Shown here: positions 41,200 through 51,585 of the stretch, one piece after another
How the letters are laid out: each line of letters starts with the position of its first letter
How positions within the stretch are numbered: position 1 is the stretch's first letter
From: Patellaria atrata CBS 101060
Lineage: Eukaryota
Assembly: GCA_010093705.1 (NCBI GenBank)
Contig: MU006091.1
Coordinates: 868,001-932,000, forward strand
Reading direction: 5' to 3'
Length of the DNA: 64,000 bases
The notes under the pieces: model-generated
Told to the model about the DNA's origin: nothing
Seen by the model: only the letters and a program-made list of their open reading frames with translations
Databases searched by the model: none
Translations under genes and position numbers: made by a program

Positions 41200-41270
41200 T
41201 GCGACCAACGGGACTCGAACCCGTGCCTCAAGCATGGGAAGCTTGAATTCTACCCCTGAACTATGATCGC
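41200..41270 (-). tRNA. tRNA-Gly(CCC), intronless, 71 nt
   Basis: GCGATCA/TGGTCGC acceptor stem plus discriminator A, D arm GTTC-AGGGGTA-GAAT, anticodon arm CAAGC-TTCCCAT-GCTTG, T loop GGTTCGAGTCC, downstream T runs. Confidence 0.95.
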
Positions 41271-41825
41271 TATGGTCGGGTTTTCCATCCCTTTCTGACT
41301 ATGTTAAAATTTTATTAGTACCCAATCGGGTAAACCTGTCCCTCCTTTTCTTCAGCCAGATAGCTATCATGGAGCACCAACTTTGAGACGTTCCCCCTCA
41401 CGGCACTCTTCTGTACTGTACGCTCACACTCAAAAGTGTGTCCAGATCTACGGTACAGAGACGAGGAGAACATACAGCGCATTCACAAGAGTGCAAACAG
41501 TTTCAAAATATGATCTGTTTACACGTACGGCTATTGTCAGGGGGAGCTCCGGCTTCCTGTACAGCAAAGGTGAAAATGGGAGTAAGCCTGCTGACCGTAC
41601 GCAGGACTTGGCCGTACCGATACTGGGAATCTTTTGACATATCACGCTCAACGACTTGCAAGTGGACCTGGTAGTATTAAAACGAGATATATCCATCCAG
41701 CAATGCGAAACAATACTCATCCAGGAGGACGTTCACTTGAATTACAATTTCGCTCATTTTCGAAAATTTATAACCTACGAAATCTCTCCATCAAAAATCC
41801 CCCCTTAACACAAACCTCCTCACCC

Positions 41826-44124
41826 CTATTTCGAACAACAATCCTTCGGTTTTGCACTAACACTCTTCCGATCCGTTTTATCCCACTTCCCTCCACTCGG
41901 ATAACTACTATAGCTCGGCGGGACATCCAAGCATGGATTCCGCGTGAAGAAGTTCCGCGGGCGCAACAGCAGCGTCATCGGCTCCGCCGGCATGACGGGG
42001 AAGTCCTCGGGAGACGGGAAATGCGTGATGCCGAAGGTATGCCAGAGCACGACGTCGGTGTTATCGGTCGAGGCGTCGGGGTCCGCGGCGATCCAAGCGG
42101 GCAAGCCCATAGACGGGACGCCGGAGGTTTGCGGGACATGCCGACCTGCGGGGTGGATTTGTGCGTCGTCGTCTAGCAGAAAGGTTAGTATCGTATAATC
42201 GAGCCCAGGCGCCCCCCCCCCCCCCCCCGGGGGGAGGGGGACCGGTTGAGGGATCGAAACTCACATTTCGTAACGTGGATGGCGTGACGGGCGAATCCGG
42301 CACGCTTCCACACTAATCCGCCTTCCTTAGGGAGAAGCTCCGGGACTTCGCGGCTGACGAGCTTGTAGGAGACGGGCTTGTGGCTGTATGGGTTGATCTT
42401 GTTCGGATTGCACATCTCCCACGTCCGGCTCGTTGCGCCGTTGTAGTCGCTCATGCTGCTTCCTTGCGTGGCTAGTTTCTTCTTCTTCGCGTAGAACGCG
42501 TTCCCGTACTTGTTCTCTGCCGAGCCGACCTCTCCTGGGCCCCTAGCAGCGTCTACTTCGAAGACTGTATTGGATGGCCCGTCGATATTGGGGTCGACGC
42601 GTAGGCAGAAGAGATGTTGGTGGTTGTGTGCATTGACACCGGGGTAGACTTCGGTTCCCCAGCCCTGAGGATCCTCACCTGGGTTCATGGCATAGGTGTT
42701 CAGAATACCGGTCAGTTTGATCTCGAGCTGGACGGTTCCGTCCTGGTGGAAGATCCAGTATACGCAGTACTCGTAGTTAGCGGCAGTGAAGATGTGGGAA
42801 ATTACTAGTTTATGTGCGCGAGTTACAGTTACGGAGTCGTCTCTGAAATCGGTCTGGAAGATGTCAGATCGCTCGTAGGTCAAATCGGGGTCGATTAGAA
42901 CTTACATGTTTAAACAGTATTCCAGCGTCTTCCTCGTGAATACAAATGGCGTTTTTTATGGTAGTAGCGGCACCTGCACGATTGACAAAAGCTGCATCCA
43001 TGTAATAGATAGCTCCTTTGCAATCACAGCCTAAGCTCAGACTGTTTGTCATGTAACCACCTCCGTACTCTCCAAGATCGAACGCATGTTTCCGATGATG
43101 AGGGTGCTCAGGATTACCATACGGTACGACCATCTCCGCCAGGGACAGTCTCCAGAAAACGGGTCGGACATTACCTTTGTCGTTGAAGGTGATATTGCTA
43201 AGGACAATCCCTTCCCGGTAGTTAAAGCCGACGTGGACTCTCCAGTTTTGCCAATTGATGATTCTACCTTCCATGGTGAATGAGACACCCTCCGGCTGAG
43301 TGATTTCGATAGGCTTGATATCGGTTCGGAATCCACCTTCCGCTTCGATAGCTGCGGCATGATAATTGTTCGGCGGTGCCTTGTTGACAGGCCTTCGTAC
43401 CTTTGGAACATCGATGTGGATGATCTCTTGTGTATCTGCGTTGAAGATTGGGCAAAAATCCAGAGGATAGCTATACTGGCTGTCGTCCACATGCGGTCGG
43501 AAGTACATCAATGCCTGCTGGAGGCGGATATTGCTGCCGAAACGCTCATCATATCCAATTGTCCAGGCTGTGTTGAAAGGTTAGCAATATCCTTGGACCA
43601 GGGGGAAGGGGGACTAACGGTCACAATACACCTTGTGCATGTCTTCCGGTGGAATCCCTATCAGCCCGCACTGTTCAATGACCTTGGGGTCTTTCCGGAC
43701 TATAGTCTCTACGATTTGTAGATCCTCCATTGTGATCTAAAGCACTATTTAGTTTATAGTTCAGTATAAGGGGGGAAAGACTATTCACCAATGGCTGCAC
43801 ACCCTCCGTCAGTTCCCAATGCACGATTTTCTCCTCATTCAGATCCACATGGCCATCATAGACCTTGCTCCCTCTCCCAATGGCCACCACATCAGCAATT
43901 CTGTGCGGTCTGGGAGTGTGGTCGGGATCTGCCACCCATTTCATCATCTCCGACTTCCGCGGTTCCCATAATGTAATGGCATTGAAGAAGAGGCCGTCAT
44001 GTTCTTTGCGTATGATGGCAACTGCTTTCTCAATCTCCACTTCTGAAAGAGGGTCGAAAGGATGAGGAGGCGGACTCTGGCCTGTCACGTGGGAGGCGAC
44101 CTGCTTGAGACGTTCAAGTACCAT
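41826..44124 (-). CDS. Copper amine oxidase, probably peroxisomal; 5 exons
   Basis: TAANYEY topaquinone motif, HNHQH Cu ligands, THFPSPEDFPVMP; N-terminal RLKQVASHV resembles PTS2. Confidence 0.95.
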
Positions 44125-44956
44125 TGTGGGAGTCCGTGTAGTCAATTGTTGAGCTTTTTCAATCCTAATCTCGATGTGTTACTCGTTAGTATTTGAGCTC
44201 TCTCGATGAGAATTCCTGAGATGATCAGAAAATCGAATGAGACGGGAATCGAGTTTTAAATAGTCATGATATTCAGGAAAGGGCTGTCTTCAAATATTAT
44301 TTATATAGATTATCTACCTGTTATCGCTCTGGATCCCTCCACGGCTGGGTCAGAGGGGCTGCAGAAGCGTTGTATGGCTTAACGTTGAATCTCAAGCTCC
44401 GATAAGTGACTGTTACCAGTCTGTCAGTCCCTCCGCTAAACCAATTACGGTCATAAAACCCGAAGAGTTGGATTTCAAGTCCAATCTAGGAGATACAACA
44501 TTGCTATGCCCTACTTTTAGCATCCTCTTCATGTGGAGTGACCCCTCTCGTTTCCGATCACCAGCAATGTGAATGGGTTGCTATTGGCCTGTTGTGGTCA
44601 AGCGGATAGTGAAATGGAAGATATTCCGCAATGTCAGGAGCAAAGAATTGCGACTACCGCAAATAAGACATGTATAACGGATGCCGGTATGTCGTACTGC
44701 TCTAGAGCCTCTATCTACCTTATCCACTAGAAGTACCGTTAGGCCCACGTACTGAACTTTCAATTGTGCCGACATGAGCCGATCCGATGGCACCTCTGAC
44801 CTTATTTGACCGTCCGTACGGTTATACCATTGGCCTCCTCCCTATCACTCTATACGTGAACTCGTAGAGTGATAAGTGTATACATTTCCTATCGTGGAAG
44901 GACTGGCTCGCTGTACACTTATGCTTCACAAGACTTTCATGTAGCTCCTGATCCTG

Positions 44957-45020
44957 CTCCTCCTCTTCTTCATCTTCTTTCTCCTCCTCCTCCTCCTCCT
45001 CCTCCTCCACCACCACCACC
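44957..45020 (+). repeat. Compound trinucleotide microsatellite (CTT/CTC)n(CAC)n
   Basis: ctcctcctc...caccaccacc, intergenic. Confidence 0.9.
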
Positions 45021-45709
45021 CTCCCCATCGTCCTCGAGCTCTGACGAGGAAGGGGATAGAAAAGCGGTTATGAGGGCCTTGCAAGGAGACAGCAGTCAAC
45101 CGCCCCTCCCGCTCTAGACACAAGTATCGGAGAAGCCATCCGATACATATTAGCTACGCGGTACCTCAGTGAAGAGTCACACTGGCTCTCTGAACTTGGC
45201 TACACAGCAAGTGTACAGTGTGCCAACAGACGGAGTATACGGCGAGCGAATAAGACTACGGGACCAATCGTGACAAAATCCCCGGACGTATGGCAAGCAT
45301 TTGGTAATATCCACCATCCGACTTGATGCCTCACGTCTTCTCGTAAGTACGCAAAACGCGCAAGAGCGAGTAGAAAGAATCTAGAGCCTCTGGTGCTAAA
45401 GATCCAGTAGTTCGAATCTTGGTCCGAGTATGTAGCGCTTTTGCCGTAAACCCGTAACCTATGAGAACGCACTGTGACTATTTCAAAAACGATGCCTTAA
45501 TTCCCAATTTCGGAGCGATTCCTGACGAGGCCATAGATACTAATATGTCAATGGAATTGCCTTGGAAATCTTACTCTCAAGGGAGTGGCCCTGTTCTTCC
45601 ATTAAACCAACCCAGCGGCTTTGTTATGCCATCTCCATAACAAGTAGTTAAATGGGTACAAACTGTTAGATCCTGAAGACATGTTGTCCTAGTATGATCT
45701 CTAGGAGCT

Positions 45710-48700
45710 TTAAGGGACCCCTCTTTCAATGTCCCGACTATTCCTCATCTTGAACCCGGTGATTAAGCCACCGTTCTCAACTTTCCTCACACTGGGTGCT
45801 GAAGTCCGACTGGTGACTGGCAGCAGGTAATTTTGAATCCTGTCAGTTTCCACGCTCTTGCGGTTTGTGCTCAGGATATTCTCCATCTTTAGCAAATCAT
45901 TTTGCTGATGCGGTTCACAGTTCTTTTCTGTTGCGCGCTTGCGTCGTTCATGTACACGTCTTCGTACATCGTGATAAAGGTCGGCAATATTGTCCAATTG
46001 TAGTGCAATAACGACCAAAGGAATGGAGATTGCAAATCCGATACCGAACATGTATTTTGAGACGTACGATAAAGGTAAGCTTTCGCTGCCGTCATTTTCC
46101 CGAGGAAATTCGCGAATATTTATGGTGAAGAACGCTGCAATAAAGCTGAGCGGGAGAAAGATGATGGTAACAATCGTAAACACCATGATTGTCTGACTCT
46201 GTTTTGCGGTACCTGCTGCTTGATCACGAGCAAAACGTGCTTCGAAAGCATTGGCATGTTTCTGCTTGAGATCCAGGAGGTCAGTGATGGAAGAATATAT
46301 CCGCTCTGCTTGCTTGTCCATGCGTTCAATATCTTTAATATGCATCTCGATAGTCCTTTGCTGCTCTCTTAGACGTCTTTTCACGTCTGATTGGTTACGA
46401 TGTTCCTCTCTAAAGATATCACAAATAGCCATCTCAAGGTCCTGAAGGACAGTAGCCTGGTCTTCTAATACTTTACGAATCATACTCAGTTCATCCCGTA
46501 TATCTTTGGTCTCTCGGACAAGGTCTGTTTCTTCTCCAATATCTAGAAGTTTATCGACGAAGAGGGGAGAGTAACTTGGATCGTCATATTTGAAATGATC
46601 TTCTTTCCCCGCCGCCCTTTGAGTTTTTCGAGAAGTCGATTCAAGTTGACGAAAGAAACGATTTGGGCGACGGTGTCTCTGCAGCCATTCAGATGCTTGT
46701 CTCGAAGCTGCGTTGAAGTCCGAAAAGAGCTTGGACTCCTTGTCTGTCGCGCTTCCAATACTAGCCTCGAACATATCGAGGAACTGGTAATCGCCATCGC
46801 CCATGCGATGTCTATCAAAGATGCCTGAGCATCTGGCTGTGATTATTAGCGCGAGATCGTATACGGACCGAACGGGATCCCGAGTTTTGGAATTAATATC
46901 TTCGATGATGCCATCCAACACGTTCAAGGGATCGTTCCTCGGTTGTTGCCATCGCTGTGGAAAGGAAGTGACAATAAGATCTTTCCCTAGAATATACATG
47001 AACAGTTGGTCTACCATATATATCTTCGCATCGATATCACAGTTATCACCACCTGCGCTCCTGGTCTGATAACGGTAGACGACTTGATCACGATCACGAT
47101 TTTGCGTATCGATGTTGTGATAAAAGTACTGATCTAGGGTCCGTCTTACATGAAGAGAAAGGGTGGATGTTGCTAGATGGGCTCTGAGAAGCATCTCATC
47201 GGTTGTTTTAGCTTTCGTGACGGCTTGCTGTCCGTTTAGGAGAGTTGCACGCTTGATAGCCTCTTGCATCTCTTGCCGTTTTGCATCGGTTTCAAAGTGC
47301 AGGTACGGCATGAAGGTATAAATATTGCCCTTTGCAATTTGTGTGGGATCTTTACGACCTGGAGAACCGGGCGACCTCCAACTTCTGGACTCAATGGGAA
47401 GGCTTACTTTGCGCTTCCCGTCTGATTTGGAAGTATCGTGGGTGATCTTAACAGGCTTTGAGCCCTTTCCTGAACCCCTCTTCTCCTTTTTCTCATTGGA
47501 CGGTTTACTACTGCTGAAAGAGCTTGTTGATTGATTCTCTCGCACATACTCGGCTCTTCCTTGCCGCTTAGGAATCTCGGGTGTTCTAGGGGTTTGAGCG
47601 TTTCCATTCACCACAATCGTTGGAGTAGGAGGCGTCTGGTCCGTAGGTGATTGCTGAGCCTCTTCGTCTGGTATACGTGGTGCTCTCGGAGTGCTATGAC
47701 ATAACGGGCGCATAAAGTGGGAATGAACTTGTTGACCACGATGTTGATGCGTAAAAGATCTTTCTAAAGCTTTAAACCCTTCGATATCGGAAGCTCCTTC
47801 CTCAATGAAGGATTTCGTAAGCAGAGCTTCGACCCACTGCATATTGTTCGCGGGTAGGTGAATCCATCTGAAGTCAGCGGCCTTGTTGTCTTTTGGAAGG
47901 ACAGTGATTGCAGGTTTTCGAGAATTTTTAGGATCTCTACCATATAGCAGTTCGTAAATCGTTCGTTTCTTCACTTGATTCTCATTGCGGAAATTGCCAA
48001 AGTCGACAATAGTGGCACTAAAACCATTGGCGGCGCCAAGTGCATCTGAAGATAAAGCATTAACGTTGTTGGAGGGGGCCAGTAGGTTAACTACATCTTT
48101 GCGTCTATTCTGAGCGGCTCGAAGAAATGGAGTACTGCCGAACGTATCTCTTGCTGCTCGCTTGATCTCCTTGCGTTCAAGCAAACATTTGACGACGTCT
48201 AAATGGCCTTCTTCGGCAGCGATATGCAATGCTGTCTTCCCGTTCAGAAGCCTTGAGTTAACGTCTGCACCGGAATCTAGAAGCATACGAACGATTTTAG
48301 CACAACCTTTAAGGCAGGCATTGTGAAGTGCCATCCATCCTCCGTCACTGATTTGATGTACATTTGCGCCATGTTCAAGAAGCAGTCCCACGATATCATC
48401 CCGGTCATGCGCGGCAGCTATATGAAGACTAGTCTTGCTTCGAATCTCAACAGAATTTACATTCGCTCTTGGATACTTGCTTCTTGTCAGTAACTGCTCT
48501 GCTAGCCTCTTCTTTCCGGTCGCGCAAGCCCAATGCAATGGAGATCGCTTCAACTCATCCTGTCCCGCTTCTCCGTCGATATGGATGTTGACCTTCAAGA
48601 GCAACTCGATAACAGAATCTCCCCAATCGCATATTTTGTCTGCAGCGAGATTGTGTAGGACGTTCCTTTGCTTCGAATCCTTCGCATTCACATTGGCGCC

Positions 48701-49123
48701 TTTGATGATAAGGAGATTCAGTACATGCCAGTGATTCTTCCACGCAGCAGTCATCAGAGCTGTCCGTCCCTTCTTGTCTGCAGTCTCAGGGCTAGCTCCA
48801 TAGTCCAGGAGTAATTGTACAATCCTTATATGGTTATGTTCTACGGCTCTCATCAATGGTGAAGCACGATTCCCGTTTGCTCCATCTGACCTGGCACCAC
48901 AGTTAAGCAGATATTGTGTCGCATTGATCTTCCCCTTTTCGGAGCTCCTTAGTAGACCGATCCTTAGGAAGTTATCGCTGATCTGACCTTTGGACTTTGC
49001 TGCTTCGATGACCTCCTTTAATGTCTCAACATCGTCATTCTCCGCCGCGCGTAGTAGCTTAGGTTCCAACCGTTCTTGATTGACACTCCCTCCATCGGTT
49101 GATCTTGATCGATCGCGTGGCAT
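45710..49123 (-). CDS. Ankyrin-repeat protein with a C-terminal CorA-like two-TM domain (1137 aa, single exon)
   Basis: Repeated ankyrin units (GRTALMTAA, SPLHWAC, TSLHIAA, GKTALHIAA) in the first ~350 aa; WIHLPANNMQWVE, RRTLDQYFY, MVDQL; coiled coil then VFTIVTIIFLPLSFIAAFFTINI and a second TM helix. Confidence 0.85.
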   Translation of the reverse strand: MPRDRSRSTDGGSVNQERLEPKLLRAAENDDVETLKEVIEAAKSKGQISDNFLRIGLLRSSEKGKINATQYLLNCGARSDGANGNRASPLMRAVEHNHIRIVQLLLDYGASPETADKKGRTALMTAAWKNHWHVLNLLIIKGANVNAKDSKQRNVLHNLAADKICDWGDSVIELLLKVNIHIDGEAGQDELKRSPLHWACATGKKRLAEQLLTRSKYPRANVNSVEIRSKTSLHIAAAHDRDDIVGLLLEHGANVHQISDGGWMALHNACLKGCAKIVRMLLDSGADVNSRLLNGKTALHIAAEEGHLDVVKCLLERKEIKRAARDTFGSTPFLRAAQNRRKDVVNLLAPSNNVNALSSDALGAANGFSATIVDFGNFRNENQVKKRTIYELLYGRDPKNSRKPAITVLPKDNKAADFRWIHLPANNMQWVEALLTKSFIEEGASDIEGFKALERSFTHQHRGQQVHSHFMRPLCHSTPRAPRIPDEEAQQSPTDQTPPTPTIVVNGNAQTPRTPEIPKRQGRAEYVRENQSTSSFSSSKPSNEKKEKRGSGKGSKPVKITHDTSKSDGKRKVSLPIESRSWRSPGSPGRKDPTQIAKGNIYTFMPYLHFETDAKRQEMQEAIKRATLLNGQQAVTKAKTTDEMLLRAHLATSTLSLHVRRTLDQYFYHNIDTQNRDRDQVVYRYQTRSAGGDNCDIDAKIYMVDQLFMYILGKDLIVTSFPQRWQQPRNDPLNVLDGIIEDINSKTRDPVRSVYDLALIITARCSGIFDRHRMGDGDYQFLDMFEASIGSATDKESKLFSDFNAASRQASEWLQRHRRPNRFFRQLESTSRKTQRAAGKEDHFKYDDPSYSPLFVDKLLDIGEETDLVRETKDIRDELSMIRKVLEDQATVLQDLEMAICDIFREEHRNQSDVKRRLREQQRTIEMHIKDIERMDKQAERIYSSITDLLDLKQKHANAFEARFARDQAAGTAKQSQTIMVFTIVTIIFLPLSFIAAFFTINIREFPRENDGSESLPLSYVSKYMFGIGFAISIPLVVIALQLDNIADLYHDVRRRVHERRKRATEKNCEPHQQNDLLKMENILSTNRKSVETDRIQNYLLPVTSRTSAPSVRKVENGGLITGFKMRNSRDIERGVP

Positions 49124-49532
49124 CCTACTTTTGCAAACGTTTTGTATGTTTTATAGCATAGTCGTACACGTTCAGCACCGTACGTCTCGGCGGGCGTGCT
49201 TGTCAAACGATATGGCGGCGAATCCTATCTGGTAATAAGGACGAGTATAGGCAAAACTAGTAAGGAGCTTTAGTTTGGATCGAGTTCGGAGGCTTATAGG
49301 TCGCTCTCTCTGGGAATTTCTATCAATTAGTTGTCGCCAAAACCAGGGGATCCATTCTAAGCGATTGTGAAGGTAATATAGACCCAATTGTTGGGGTTTA
49401 AAGGTGGCAGAGTCTCTACATATCGAACTGTACCACAACAGTTGAGGTAGGAGTCTTGGCTAAAGAAAGTTCCCATTTCAGCTCACCGCAGTTCGTCATG
49501 TCCTGATCTGCAAACATGACAAAACAGCTCCA

Positions 49533-49683
49533 TATCCAGTCCGGGGATAAGAAGCTGTGGATAGATCGGTCTCCCTATCCAGAAATCAGATAAGGAACAA
49601 CATATCTCTTGGCATCAGGAACATCCGCGGACCATAGCCCGTACTTTCCTTATCTTCCCAGACTTCCCCAGATTTCCCCAGAG
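49533..49683. promoter_or_regulatory. Cluster of GATA cores around a TCCGCGGA palindrome (putative AreA/NIT2 plus NirA/NIT4 element)
   Basis: GATA/TATC at 49533, 49546, 49560, 49576, 49589, 49603, 49651; TCCGCGGA at 49624-49631; three TCCC(C)AGA copies at ~49655-49682. Confidence 0.55.
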
Positions 49684-50285
49684 CCTCATTCTTCCTTAAA
49701 CCAGCTTCAGACGTCAATCCAACTTTGTACATCCTCATCATTGATTCTATAAACATCTTCGCCTACTATAATACCGTTTTCAACCCCGAAAAGATGTATC
49801 TTGACAGCTGGATGGTCCTCCTCGGAAATTCGAGACGCCAATGCGGAACGTCTGGAGCTCTTACGTTATGAGAAGGTTCGCACGAACCGCAAATTTGGTA
49901 ATGGGCAGCAGAATCGAGTTAACCGCAGCAAAGTGATGAGGGAACAGTACCTACACTGAAGATGATTCCTTAGCTCCAGGGTTCTTTGATCGTTTACCAA
50001 TGTCACACGCCGTCTTCGAGTTGCAGTTGTGGCCGAATATTGGCTCCTTTTGCTCTTGATGGGCCAGGAACAAAGCCTTGGGACTTTGGACGTTATTTGA
50101 GGCTTCCCGAGTTCCTGAATATGCCGTGAGCCTGTATACGACACTGAGATGCCCTTAATCAACTGGTTGGCCCTGTTCCGGTGCAACGTCCGCTTCGCTA
50201 CCTCTACTCACACTATTTTGGTACTCTTGTACAGTACTCTACTCTTGTTCTTTAAAGTCGTTAGACAACCAGGAATTGTATCAAC

Positions 50286-51366
50286 ATGATTAGAAGGTTA
50301 AAGGATATAAAGGCCACTGATCTGCATTGGGATGTAGACTACTATATCAATCCATATATACCATCTTCACAATTACGCCGGCTTCCTACGCTACTTTCAC
50401 GCTTCCTGGGCTATCGTGAGAATACTACACAAGATGTTGGAAATATCTTGATATGGTTCTGGTCCGCAGTGGGAACCTTCTGTGGCCTCACTCTTGTAGC
50501 CGGAGTATTCATGAACGGTCCTGCATGGCACTCTCATCATCCTCCTGCTCTAGTTGCTAGTTTGGTACGGTTAACCCTATAACAAACAACCCACATCTTA
50601 CCATTTCCCCTCACCCCAATATTGCAAACACACAAATTGACATCCCCAGGGCGCCGCTGCAATCCTCGACTACAACGCCATCGCCTCCCCCCTCGCCCAA
50701 CCCCGCAACAGCGTCATCGGCCACATCCTCGCCGCCCTCACCGGCGTCTCAGTCACCAAACTGATATCCCTCTCCCCCCACTTCCAAGAACTGCGCTGGA
50801 TGACCGCCGCCGCCGCCTGCGCCCTCGCCTCTGTCGTCATGGGCGCCACAAACACGACCTACCCGCCCGGCGGCGCCACAGCCGTCCTCGCCGCCTTCGA
50901 CCCGCAGGTCACGGAGCTCGGCTGGCTCTTCGTCGGCTTGGTCGCCGTCGCGAGCCTGCTCATGTTGACCGTCGCGCTCCTCGTCAATAATCTGCAAAGG
51001 CGCTTTCCGTATTTCTGGTGGACACCCGTCGATCTGATCGAGTTGAGACGGAAACGCAGATCGGGAGATGTGGAACAGGGGAAGGGAGCGACGAGCCGGC
51101 TGGATGTGAAGCGGAAGGAGAGCGTGGAGTTCAGGCGCACGCAGGATGATGTTATCATCTTGAGAAAGAAGGAGATCGTGTTGCCCGAGGGCTTGGTCCT
51201 CGCGCCGGAGCAACTGGGCATGGTGGAGATGTTGCAGGAAATGTTGAGGGAGAGGACGCATCTGGCGCCTCAGCGGAGTCACTCGAGTAGCGAGTCGACG
51301 CCGTTCGAGGAGAAGGAGAGGGATGGGGAGGAAGAAGAGGAGCATAGTCGCCGTTCTAATCAATGA
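50286..51366 (+). CDS. HPP-family integral membrane protein (331 aa); exons 50286-50564 and 50650-51366
   Basis: ASL|GAAAILDYNAIASPLAQPRNSVIGH, TYPPGGATA (HPP motif position), NNLQRRFPYFWWTP; several TM helices. Confidence 0.88.
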
Positions 51367-51585
51367 GGATTATGTGGGCGGAATCATAGTTCAAGTGTTT
51401 CATTTTTCGGATAAGTAAAAATTCGCGTGGAATCTGGAGCGTTCGACTCTGACGGATTAATCCAACGATAATTCACGTGTACATCTACGAAAACGAAAAT
51501 TAACTAAAGGTTACGCTCACTTCCAGCAACACACCCTCCGCAAACTTACACAAACACCCTATCGATACACATCCCCCAAACCCCG

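Noticed and set aside
44822..45123. Poly-E, poly-P and poly-R ORFs
   Set aside because: Frames of the trinucleotide microsatellite, with no other coding signal
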